The position numbers and the translations under genes were made by a program. Positions 43,997 to 52,997 of a stretch of 57,726 bases of DNA are shown one piece after another. The stretch is from the NCBI GenBank assembly GCA_900320505.1, contig ONSL01000001.1:1-57726 (forward strand). Direction: 5' to 3'. The notes beneath the pieces are model-generated. The model saw only the letters and a program-made list of their open reading frames with translations. It did not search any database and was not told where the DNA came from. This DNA is from an uncultured Eubacteriales bacterium. Its GTDB lineage: Bacteria; Bacillota_I; Bacilli_A; RF39; UBA660. Each line of letters begins with the position of its first letter. Positions within the stretch are counted from its first letter, which is position 1.

Positions 43997-45004
43997 TTAT
44001 CTTATTTTTGCAAGTCTTTTTGATATATCATTATAATAATCTTTATTTTCATCATAAAACTTTTCAAAAATATCTTCATTTTTTTCACAAATACTAGTAG
44101 TTCTACTAATTATTTCATTTTCAGAATCAAAATCTAAAAATGGTTTATTATACATATATCTTTTAAGTTTTAAACTCTCTCTAAAACTTTCTCTCTGAAA
44201 TTTTATAAATTTAGCTTCATAATCTATACTATGAAGTTTACAATCATCTTTATTTAAATGAAATGTCATATTATTTGTAGGATCTAAAAAATAATTAATA
44301 CCATCATAGAAAACAAAATTCATATCATGATTTAATAAAGGAAGAAAAAGTTTTTTTTCATATTTAAAAACAGATCTAACAAATTCTTTATCTATTTCAG
44401 ATGGGATAATTCCATTAATTGCATCATCTACCATTTTATTAAATTTATCCTCGTCTGCTTCAATATAACATGTTGGAAGAGAAACACCTGCAACTGACGA
44501 TTCTAATCCTAAGTCTTTAAATTCATCATTTAAGAGTGCAGCAATATGTCTGCATACACCACGACCATTGATTACATTTAATCCAAATCTTTCCTTAACA
44601 TTATTTCTATCATCATAATGTTCAAAACTTTTACCATTAGATAAGTATCCATTATTAAGCATAAAAATATATGTAGAATACACCTCAAGTGGATTTTTAA
44701 AATTGAACTCTTTATTTAATTTTGTATAATTTTTTATTATTTTATCGTAAATAGGTCTAATATCCTTATAATCTTTTGTATACATCATACCATCAGATTT
44801 TGAAATAAGATAATCTGTTAAATAAAGAGCAGAAGATGACACGCATGTTGTGATATAAAGTGGATATGAAAATTCATGTGTATAATTAAAGTTTGAATAA
44901 TTAAGAATTACAAGTAAATTAGCAAGTGTTGCAAGATTATACTGCATACACTTATAACCATCTGCACTCATTTTATTTAAAGTATTTTTAATATATTCTT
45001 TCAT
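43997..45004 (-). CDS. transglutaminase-like (papain-fold Cys-His-Asp) protein, tandem paralog B
   Basis: GRGVCRHIAALL (Cys), NHDMNFVFYDGINYFLDPTN (His...Asp). Long shared blocks with 45025..46104. Confidence 0.55.
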   Translation of the reverse strand: MKEYIKNTLNKMSADGYKCMQYNLATLANLLVILNYSNFNYTHEFSYPLYITTCVSSSALYLTDYLISKSDGMMYTKDYKDIRPIYDKIIKNYTKLNKEFNFKNPLEVYSTYIFMLNNGYLSNGKSFEHYDDRNNVKERFGLNVINGRGVCRHIAALLNDEFKDLGLESSVAGVSLPTCYIEADEDKFNKMVDDAINGIIPSEIDKEFVRSVFKYEKKLFLPLLNHDMNFVFYDGINYFLDPTNNMTFHLNKDDCKLHSIDYEAKFIKFQRESFRESLKLKRYMYNKPFLDFDSENEIISRTTSICEKNEDIFEKFYDENKDYYNDISKRLAKIR

Positions 45005-45024
45005 ACTAACCCCCTTATCCTTAT

Positions 45025-46104
45025 TTACCTTTTCTTCACCTTTACAAGTTTATCAGTAACTTCTTCATAAATATCTTTATTTTCATCATAAAATCTATCA
45101 AAATAATCTAAATTATCACTACATATATCTTGTACTTCTCTTATAAATCTTTTTTCTTCCTCTTTAGTAGTATTTTCTGGAAGCAAAATCTTCTTAATTA
45201 TTTTAGAGTCTTCTTTTTCTCTTGGTCTATATAATACCTTTTTATATCTTACAACTATATCATCACTATAAAGCATTCCAGGGTCCATCTCACTCATATG
45301 ATATATTTCTTCATTAGTTGGATCAAAATAATAATTTCTATCATATGCTCTTACATAAGTTATTACGTGATTTGTTGTTCCAGGGCTTTTAAGAATCCTA
45401 GCATTTTCAATAGTCTCACGTGATACCTTAAGGCTTCTTCCTGTTTCGCTGCATTCTTTCAATAAATCGCTTATCATACTTATACTTGCTTTATTTTTTA
45501 CATGACTATCTATCCATTCAGATGTTTTTCTATCGATAGCTTCTGATTTGCCTACAGTTTCGAATTTTATTTCTTTTCCATATTTATTATCTAAATATAC
45601 TCTTAAAGGAACTGATTTTAGGTTACTTTTATTAAATATATCTGTAAGCATAGAAGATATATTCCTGCAGCACCCCTTGCCAGACATAACCTCTTCACCT
45701 AAAAAGCATTTTGAATCAGTTACCTTACTGCTGTAATGAAATTCTTTATTCTTTGACAAATACCCATTATTAAGAAGAAAAACATACATTGAATATATCT
45801 CAATTGGATTATTTAATTCAAAATTTTTATTTAGTTTTTTATAATTATTTAAAAAATCATCATAAAGCTTTTTTATATTATTAATATCTTTTGTATAGAA
45901 TTTACCACTTGAAAAATTCATGCCTAAAGATGCTCCTAAAAGAATCCATGATGATGTAACAAGTGATCTAAATATTTCTGGATCATCTAAAATTGCCACA
46001 GAAAAATCTGTTCCTAAAGCTGAATACAATAAAATTTTTGAAAGGCAATTATATGTCTTATAACTAATCTTGCCATTCAATTTTTCTAAAATTTCACTTT
46101 TCAT
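45025..46104 (-). CDS. transglutaminase-like (papain-fold Cys-His-Asp) protein, tandem paralog A
   Basis: GKGCCRNISSML (Cys), NHVITYVRAYDRNYYFDPTN (His...Asp). The block NYKKLNKNFELNNPIEIYSMYVFLLNNGYLS aligns with NYTKLNKEFNFKNPLEVYSTYIFMLNNGYLS in the paralog. Confidence 0.55.
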   Translation of the reverse strand: MKSEILEKLNGKISYKTYNCLSKILLYSALGTDFSVAILDDPEIFRSLVTSSWILLGASLGMNFSSGKFYTKDINNIKKLYDDFLNNYKKLNKNFELNNPIEIYSMYVFLLNNGYLSKNKEFHYSSKVTDSKCFLGEEVMSGKGCCRNISSMLTDIFNKSNLKSVPLRVYLDNKYGKEIKFETVGKSEAIDRKTSEWIDSHVKNKASISMISDLLKECSETGRSLKVSRETIENARILKSPGTTNHVITYVRAYDRNYYFDPTNEEIYHMSEMDPGMLYSDDIVVRYKKVLYRPREKEDSKIIKKILLPENTTKEEEKRFIREVQDICSDNLDYFDRFYDENKDIYEEVTDKLVKVKKR

Positions 46105-46171
46105 AAAACTCTCTCTCCATCAAACGTGCAGATTAAATTATACTACCTTATATTTTAAATATCAATACATT

Positions 46172-47476
46172 TTAAACAAGGGTATTTAATATATCATCCA
46201 TCTCCTCTTTATCACTTTCACTTGCAGCATCTTCTTTGTTTTCCTTATCAAGCCAAACAGGTATACTTTCAGATGATTCTTTTTTCTTTGTAGGACCACT
46301 TTTCATACTCTTTTTACGTTTTTTATACTCTTTTTCGCAACGTTTCATTGCATCTTCAACCGTTTCTACTTTAAGTCTCTTCCACTCTCCTGCAATGCTC
46401 TCTATATAACTTTTGTTGAGTCTTCCATTATTTACCTTTAGTACATAAGACAAAAGTACATTAACAACTCCTGGTTTTAGTTTTTGATCTATTAATAAAC
46501 TCTCTATTATATTTAAATCTCTACTTGTTGGAGCGGCTCCCCCACTTTTAGCTTTTAAAAATCTATAAGGACTTGTATTTTCAAATGTATAAACCATCTT
46601 TGCCCAATTTGATTTATCTCCAGCAGGCTTCTTTAAATATTCTGGTTGTGTTGAATATATAATAGTTGGAAGCTGACCCTCATTTCTAAATTGATAAAAA
46701 TTTCTTGCAGATCTTCTTAAATAATTTTTATCTATCATTCCCTTTTCATCTATTGAATCTCTTACTATACTTATTAAAGCTTCTGTATCTAAATTATATG
46801 TATATGAAAGTGTATTTATAAGATTTTTTACATCATCATTAAAACATTTATCACTATACATATTTTTAGGTATACTTTCTATTAGAAAATCAAAATCTAT
46901 ATTTGAACTAATATTGATATTTCCAGTTGTTCTCTTTGCAATTTTTTCATTTACCTCAAGTGTACCAGGAACAGTTTTAAAAACACTTGAAAAACTCTCT
47001 GTTATATCACTATAGTCTTTTAAAGATACCCTTGGTACCTTAAAATAATCTAGTAATTTATTATATTCTTCTTTTCCTAAATTGTTATAAAGCACTACAT
47101 TTAATATTGGATGATGAAAAAACTCATAGCTTGAAACAGGGGAATATAAAAGATAAACATAGTGATTTATATCTTTTTCTTCTTTATAATATGTTTTTAA
47201 AAGTCCAACGCCTTCAAGCTTTTTTCTTGCTTCCACAAAATCATCCATACTAATTCCCATAACAGACATTATGTGATGATGAGTATATTCTTCACCCATC
47301 ATAGAGTACTTGTCTAGATCATCAAAAAGTGTATAAAAAAGAGCAACAGCTGTATATCCTATAATTGGTTCATAAAGCATACTTATAACATTTGTATCAT
47401 TTCTAGAAAGTACTGTCTTACTAATAACTACATATGAATCTGCTGGAAGCAAGATAATGTTTTTCATATTTATCAC
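46172..47476 (-). CDS. dnaB: replication initiation and membrane attachment protein (Firmicute DnaB/DnaD-domain helicase-loading factor)
   Basis: 434 aa. C-terminal DnaB_2-type repeat SRDLNIIESLLIDQKLKPGVVNVLLSYVL...YIESIAGEWKR. Confidence 0.7.
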   Translation of the reverse strand: MINMKNIILLPADSYVVISKTVLSRNDTNVISMLYEPIIGYTAVALFYTLFDDLDKYSMMGEEYTHHHIMSVMGISMDDFVEARKKLEGVGLLKTYYKEEKDINHYVYLLYSPVSSYEFFHHPILNVVLYNNLGKEEYNKLLDYFKVPRVSLKDYSDITESFSSVFKTVPGTLEVNEKIAKRTTGNINISSNIDFDFLIESIPKNMYSDKCFNDDVKNLINTLSYTYNLDTEALISIVRDSIDEKGMIDKNYLRRSARNFYQFRNEGQLPTIIYSTQPEYLKKPAGDKSNWAKMVYTFENTSPYRFLKAKSGGAAPTSRDLNIIESLLIDQKLKPGVVNVLLSYVLKVNNGRLNKSYIESIAGEWKRLKVETVEDAMKRCEKEYKKRKKSMKSGPTKKKESSESIPVWLDKENKEDAASESDKEEMDDILNTLV

Positions 47477-47511
47477 CTAAACTATACTATAAATCATTTA
47501 TAAAAAAAAAT

Positions 47512-48144
47512 CTACTTTTTATTTAATTCTTCATATAAATTAAATTTACCATTTTGGTAAGTTAAAAGTAGTGTGTTATCAATTTTTTTATTATTTTCTT
47601 CTAGATATATAAGTATATCGTCTAGTGAAATATTTAAATATTTCATATTTTTTTCTATTAAACTTCCATCAATTATTATGTTTCTTTCTACATCAAATTT
47701 ATCTTCAAACTTATAAAAAGTTATATCACCATTTGCCTCAAGCACTGCATATTTTACTTCTTTTAATGATTTTATGCTTTCTTCTCTTGCCTCCTCTTCA
47801 AGTACTGTTAAAGGAATATTATTTTTTTTTAACTTTTCTTTATCAATTAGTCCATCTTTAATTAACAGTGCAGGATCATCATCAACTAATTTTCTAAATT
47901 TATTATTTTTAACTGTTATAAAATTTATAAGATATGAAAGAAATCCAAATATAAACATTGCAACTATTCCTTCTATAAAGTTATCTCCATTTAATATTAT
48001 TTCTGCAATAAAATTACCGATTGTTATACTAATTATATGATCAAGAAGTGTTTCATTTTTAATTTCTCTCTTACCAATCTTTTTAACAATAATAAATAAG
48101 CATATAATAGATACAATACATTTTATAAATAGTTTTATATACAT
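47512..48144 (-). CDS. DUF421 (YetF-like) membrane protein
   Basis: N-terminal TM helices plus the GKREIKNETLLDHIISITIGN pattern. The probable start is the ATG at 48144 (AGGTGA RBS). Confidence 0.7.
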   Translation of the reverse strand: MYIKLFIKCIVSIICLFIIVKKIGKREIKNETLLDHIISITIGNFIAEIILNGDNFIEGIVAMFIFGFLSYLINFITVKNNKFRKLVDDDPALLIKDGLIDKEKLKKNNIPLTVLEEEAREESIKSLKEVKYAVLEANGDITFYKFEDKFDVERNIIIDGSLIEKNMKYLNISLDDILIYLEENNKKIDNTLLLTYQNGKFNLYEELNKK

Positions 48145-48236
48145 GTTATCACCTATATTTATTATTCCATACAGTTTATCAATTATACTGAAGTTATAAT
48201 TTTCAATTATCATCATATATTTTATTAGGTGATCTT

Positions 48237-48800
48237 ATGAATATAGATGATTATAGAAGAAAAAGAAATGGTTCATATAAAAAGAAAAGTAGTAAATTAA
48301 ATAAAATACTATTCTGTGCATTAATAACTATTTGTACATTAATATTATGTAAAGGAAATTCTAGTATTAAATTTAAAGTTAAAAATAGTATTTATAATTC
48401 TAATATTAACTTTAATTATTTTAAGAAAATTTATCATAAGTATATAGGAAAATATATTGGTGAGAAGAAAGAAGTTAAAAAAGTATCAGGAGAAGTTCTT
48501 TCTTATAATAGTGTTAAAAATTTAAATGGTAGTGCAGATTTATCTGTCGATAAATCATATCTAGTGCCTTGTCTTAATAGTGGTATTGTTATATTTATAG
48601 GAAATAAAGAAAATCTTGGAAATACAATCATTATTGAAGATACAGACGGTATTGATACATGGTATTCAAATATAAGTGCAAATGACATAAAAATGTATGA
48701 CTATGTATCTAAAGGAAAAATAATAGGAACCTCTAATGAAAAACTTATACTTACATTTTATAAAGATGGAAAAATTCTTGATTATAAAAAATATATTTAA
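48237..48800 (+). CDS. membrane-anchored degenerate LytM/M23-like protein (SpoIVFA-like)
   Basis: One TM helix (ILFCALITICTLILC). C-terminal M23-like beta domain (GIVIFIGNKENLGNTIIIED...GKIIGTS) without obvious HxxxD/HxH metal ligands. Confidence 0.55.
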   Translation: MNIDDYRRKRNGSYKKKSSKLNKILFCALITICTLILCKGNSSIKFKVKNSIYNSNINFNYFKKIYHKYIGKYIGEKKEVKKVSGEVLSYNSVKNLNGSADLSVDKSYLVPCLNSGIVIFIGNKENLGNTIIIEDTDGIDTWYSNISANDIKMYDYVSKGKIIGTSNEKLILTFYKDGKILDYKKYI

Positions 48801-49536
48801 TAAATTAAGTCTTGATAATGGTACTGTAGTGCTAGGCATATTATCTTTACTTACAGGATATTTTAAAGAATTTGCAATTATCATTTACTTAATTGTTATG
48901 CATGAAGTTGGACACTGTCTATTTGCAACTTTCTTTAAAAAAAATGTTTATAAAATTACCATATATCCATTTGGTGGAGAAAGTATAACAGATGCTAATA
49001 TGAACTTTGATATAAAAAAAGAATTAATTATTTTAATAATGGGACCTCTATTTCAGTTTATTTTTGCAAATTTACTTATTTTAATATCACATAGTATAGA
49101 TCAAAAAGGACTTATTAAAAATATTAATAATGCAATTTTAATTTTTAATTTGATGCCCATATACCCTCTTGATGGTGGAAAGATCATAAATAATATTTTA
49201 AACATTAATTTTAATATAAAAACAAGTTTTAAATTATCAATTATTATTTCATATGTAATTATATTATTGTTTTTTATCTACTTTAGAAATTCATTTTCAT
49301 TTACAATAGTTTATATGATAATATTCCTTAATTATAAGATATATAAAGAATGTAGAGAATATAAGTATAACTATAATAATTTCTTACTCGATAGATACCT
49401 AAATAAATATCATTTTAAAGATAATAAAATAGTAGAAAATAATAAAATGTTTTATAGAAATAAATATAATTTAGTTAAGAAAAATAATAAATATTATACA
49501 GAAAGTGATATACTTACAAAAACATTTTGTAAATAA
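48736..49536 (+). CDS. M50-family site-2 metalloprotease (SpoIVFB-like)
   Basis: HEVGHCLFA (HExxH) in TM1 and NLMPIYPLDGGKI. The LLTGYFKEF...LIVMHEVGH context resembles SpoIVFB. Alternative start at 48766. Overlaps the preceding gene. Confidence 0.8.
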   Translation: MKNLYLHFIKMEKFLIIKNIFNKLSLDNGTVVLGILSLLTGYFKEFAIIIYLIVMHEVGHCLFATFFKKNVYKITIYPFGGESITDANMNFDIKKELIILIMGPLFQFIFANLLILISHSIDQKGLIKNINNAILIFNLMPIYPLDGGKIINNILNINFNIKTSFKLSIIISYVIILLFFIYFRNSFSFTIVYMIIFLNYKIYKECREYKYNYNNFLLDRYLNKYHFKDNKIVENNKMFYRNKYNLVKKNNKYYTESDILTKTFCK

Positions 49537-49592
49537 TTGAAAACTAAATTTATGCATGATAAAATATTTATATGGTTTTAAAGGAGATTTTT

Positions 49593-49859
49593 ATGATAAG
49601 AGTTAAACCTGGAATGATTGATACAATACAAGCTGATGAATTAAGGCATGTTAAAGTAAAGTCTATAACAGATGATTATAGATATTATGCAATAATGGGA
49701 CGTTATAAGCCAGGTGCTAGAAGAGAGATGAAGGCTCCATCGGACGAATTTTATGCTGAAATCCATAAGTTAAAATTACTTGCAGACAAAATGGATGAAA
49801 ATGAAAAAGATACTAATGAAAAAGAAGATGCAAATAAAAAGATGGTTTTAAAAAAATAA
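49593..49859 (+). CDS. hypothetical small protein
   Basis: AAGGAG RBS 7 nt before the ATG at 49593 (MIRVKPGMIDT...). No family recognised. Confidence 0.5.
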   Translation: MIRVKPGMIDTIQADELRHVKVKSITDDYRYYAIMGRYKPGARREMKAPSDEFYAEIHKLKLLADKMDENEKDTNEKEDANKKMVLKK

Positions 49860-49877
49860 AAAAGTTGCATAAATAAG

Positions 49878-49907
49878 TTGACACGTCTCAAAATGCTATG
49901 CTATAAT
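49878..49907 (+). promoter_or_regulatory. sigma-A promoter of tRNA-Ala
   Basis: TTGACA (49878-49883), 18-nt spacer, TATAAT (49902-49907), ~32 nt upstream of the tRNA 5' end. Confidence 0.7.
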
Positions 49908-49939
49908 TTATATGTCGTTCTGAGAAGGACATATATGAT

Positions 49940-50015
49940 GGGGCATTAGCTCAGCTGGGAGAGCGCCTGCTTTGCAAGCAGGAGGTCAGCAGTTCGATCC
50001 TGCTATGCTCCACCA
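49940..50015 (+). tRNA. tRNA-Ala (anticodon UGC), CCA encoded
   Basis: Cloverleaf by hand. The acceptor stem GGGGCAT/ATGCTCC contains the G3:U70 alanine identity pair. D-loop AGCTCAGCTGGGAGAGC, anticodon loop CTTTGCAAG, T-arm GGTTCGATCC-like (CAGTTCGATCCTG), 3' ACCA. Confidence 0.97.
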
Positions 50016-50035
50016 TTTTTTTTTGCAATAAAAAA

Positions 50036-50075
50036 ATAGTTCATATCATTGATGTGAACTATTTTATTTTTTTAT
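50036..50075. terminator. bidirectional intrinsic terminator (tRNA-Ala on plus, 50059..50760 on minus)
   Basis: 12-bp stem ATAGTTCATATC-att-GATGTGAACTAT, flanked by an A-run upstream and a T-run downstream. Confidence 0.7.
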
Positions 50076-50760
50076 TATGATCAAATACATAATTACCATT
50101 ATCTTCCTTATAATAGAATTTATACTCATGAAGATTATATGATTTATTATCTAAATTAGCTTCATCGAACTCTTTAAAATTACTTTTAATAACACCACTG
50201 CAATTAGTTAAATTCTTATCACAAGTTTTATATACTTTTCTGCTTGTCTTATCAAGATACGCAATCTTTACAGTTAAATTAAATGATTTCTTTGTTTCAT
50301 TTGCATCAATTATCTTTGAAAGTATAGAAACATTTACCGGCTTACAAGTCGTTCTTGCATAAGATATATATTCTTTTTTTGTTTTATCATACTTATATGT
50401 ATTACATCCACCTAAAAATGAATTAACTGGCTTATAAGTACCATTTCCAAAAGTTTTTTCATATGCTAATTTAACTTTTTCTTCTTCAACACTACTCATA
50501 CCAGTACCAGTATTATTAAATGCTATATTGTACTTCATTTCAAGTGGAATATCATCAAGTGATACATTATTATTAAAATAATATGTTGTCCATTCTGGAT
50601 TATCTGTATTTGGCATAATGCTTTTATAAAGTCTACTTGTTGACTCATCTTTTACTAGATCACTACTTGGCACAAATCTTAAAGCTATATTTCTATACAC
50701 AAAGTATATAAGAAATATAAGAACTATAATTGCACCAATTACTTTTAGCACTTTCTTCAT
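50059..50760 (-). CDS. hypothetical membrane-anchored extracytoplasmic protein
   Basis: N-terminal TM helix (VIGAIIVLIFLIYFV). Cys-containing Asn/Lys-rich ectodomain. No family recognised. Confidence 0.55.
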   Translation of the reverse strand: MKKVLKVIGAIIVLIFLIYFVYRNIALRFVPSSDLVKDESTSRLYKSIMPNTDNPEWTTYYFNNNVSLDDIPLEMKYNIAFNNTGTGMSSVEEEKVKLAYEKTFGNGTYKPVNSFLGGCNTYKYDKTKKEYISYARTTCKPVNVSILSKIIDANETKKSFNLTVKIAYLDKTSRKVYKTCDKNLTNCSGVIKSNFKEFDEANLDNKSYNLHEYKFYYKEDNGNYVFDHNKKIK

Positions 50761-50768
50761 ATTATCCC

Positions 50769-52937
50769 CTATTTTTTATCTTTCTTTTTACCTTTTAATT
50801 CTTCTTGTGCATCCTTTCTTGAAAAATTAAGTCTGCCCTTTTTGTCTTCTCCAATTGCTTTAACTAGTATCTCATCACCTAATTTAACAACATCTGAACA
50901 CTTTTCAACTCTCTTCGTATCAAGTTTTGATATATGTATAAGTCCTTCGCATCCAGGCCATAATTCAACAAATACTCCATAGTCTTCTATTCTTACGACT
51001 TTAGCATTGTAAATTTTTCCTTCTTCAACTTCTCTTGCAATATCTTCTATCATCTTACGAGTTTTATTTATTATATCCATATCCTTATGATATATAACAA
51101 CTTGTCCATCTTCTTTTAGATCAACTTTTACTGCATTAACATCATTTACATCGTTAACATTTGATACTTCACAAATAATTTTTGTAATTGTGTCTCCACC
51201 TTTTCCAATAACATCTTTTATCTTTGATGGATTAATATTAAATACAACAGTTTTAGGAGCATATTTTGAAACTTCTTTACGAGGCTCTTTTATAGTCTTT
51301 TCTATAACATCTAATACCTCATATCTTGCTTTCTTAGCTTGTTCTAATGCTTCTTTTAATATCTTTTTATTGATTCCAGATACTTTTATATCCATTTGAA
51401 GAGCGCAAATACCATTACGAGTACCAGCAACTTTAAAGTCCATATCTCCTAAATGATCTTCCATTCCTTGTATATCAGTTAAAACTGTATAATCTTTTCC
51501 ATTTGGAGCGGTAATTAGACCCATTGCAATACCAGCAACTGGTGCCTTAATTGGAACACCTGCTGCCATAAGTGACATACATCCTGCACAAATTGATGCT
51601 TGTGATGATGATCCATTTGATTCAAGTATTTCAGAAACAACTCTTATTGTATATGGAAATTCTTCTTCTGATGGTATTACCATACGTAGTGCTTTTTCTC
51701 CTAATGCTCCATGACCTATCTCACGACGACCAGGTGCACCATATCTTCCAGTTTCTCCAACACAGAATTTAGGAAAGTTATAATGAAGCATAAATCTTTT
51801 AGCATCTTCAAGCCCTAATCCATCAAGTACTTGATGTTCTCCAAGTGCTCCAAGTGTTGTTACAGAAAGTGCTTGTGTTTCACCTCTTGTAAATAATGCT
51901 GATCCATGTGTTCTAGGAAGAAGATCTACACGTGCTGAAAGGGGTCTTATCTCATCCATCTTTCTTCCATCAGGTCTTATCTTATCTATTACAATAATCT
52001 TTCTAAATTCACGATATTCAATATCATCAAATACCTTTGCAACTTTAGTAAGTAAAAGTGTTAATTCATCTTCTTCTAATTCATCCTTGTTTTTCTCTTT
52101 GTATTCTCCTATCAAATCTTCTTTAATCTTATCAACTGCAGCATGCATTGCAAGTTTTTCTTTTATTCTTAATGCTTTATTTAATTTATTTGCAATTTTA
52201 TCATCAATTTCAGATCTTAGTGCATCATCTATTTCAAGGCGTTCATAATCCATCTTTTCTTCGCCAATCTTATCAACTATTTCATTTTCAAATTCTACAA
52301 GTTCTTTAATAGCTTTATGGCCTTCCATTAATCCTTTTAGCATTATTTCTTCTGATGCTTCATGTGCACTAGATTCAACCATGTTAATTGCTTTTTCAGT
52401 ACCCGCAACTGTTAAATCTATTAAACTATTTTCAAGTTCTTCTACTGTTGGGTTAATTACGTATTTCTTATTTATATATCCAACTTTTACACCAGCAACT
52501 GGTCCATTAAATGGAATTTTACTTATTGAAAGTGCAACACTAGATCCTAAAAGTGCAGCAAGTTCAGGTGATGCATCAGGTTCTACAGAAAGAACAGTAT
52601 TTACTATTTGTACCTCATTCTTAAAGTCTTCTGGAAATAGTGGTCTAATAGGTCTATCAATCATTCTAGCGGCAAGAGTAGCTGCCTCTGTTGGTCTTCC
52701 TTCCCTTTTAATAAATCCACCAGGTATTTTACCTACAGCATATAACTTTTCTTCATAATTAACTGTTAATGGAAAAAAGTCTGACAAAAGATTTACCTCA
52801 TCATTTAATACAACTGCTGTTAATACAACTGTATCTCCATATCTTACTAGTACACTACTAGTAGCTTGTTTTGCAAGTTCTCCATGTTCAATTATTATTT
52901 TTTTGCCATAAAAATCTTTTTCAAATATTCTCTTCAT
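50769..52937 (-). CDS. pnp: polyribonucleotide nucleotidyltransferase (PNPase)
   Basis: Two RNase PH domains, KH (GKGGDTITKI) and S1 (VVRIEDYGVFVEL). GGAG RBS before the ATG at 52937. Confidence 0.97.
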   Translation of the reverse strand: MKRIFEKDFYGKKIIIEHGELAKQATSSVLVRYGDTVVLTAVVLNDEVNLLSDFFPLTVNYEEKLYAVGKIPGGFIKREGRPTEAATLAARMIDRPIRPLFPEDFKNEVQIVNTVLSVEPDASPELAALLGSSVALSISKIPFNGPVAGVKVGYINKKYVINPTVEELENSLIDLTVAGTEKAINMVESSAHEASEEIMLKGLMEGHKAIKELVEFENEIVDKIGEEKMDYERLEIDDALRSEIDDKIANKLNKALRIKEKLAMHAAVDKIKEDLIGEYKEKNKDELEEDELTLLLTKVAKVFDDIEYREFRKIIVIDKIRPDGRKMDEIRPLSARVDLLPRTHGSALFTRGETQALSVTTLGALGEHQVLDGLGLEDAKRFMLHYNFPKFCVGETGRYGAPGRREIGHGALGEKALRMVIPSEEEFPYTIRVVSEILESNGSSSQASICAGCMSLMAAGVPIKAPVAGIAMGLITAPNGKDYTVLTDIQGMEDHLGDMDFKVAGTRNGICALQMDIKVSGINKKILKEALEQAKKARYEVLDVIEKTIKEPRKEVSKYAPKTVVFNINPSKIKDVIGKGGDTITKIICEVSNVNDVNDVNAVKVDLKEDGQVVIYHKDMDIINKTRKMIEDIAREVEEGKIYNAKVVRIEDYGVFVELWPGCEGLIHISKLDTKRVEKCSDVVKLGDEILVKAIGEDKKGRLNFSRKDAQEELKGKKKDKK

Positions 52938-52997
52938 ATTTACTCCAATCACTTCTATTGTATAACAAAAACCTTAAAAATAAAAGAAGAAAGTCTT

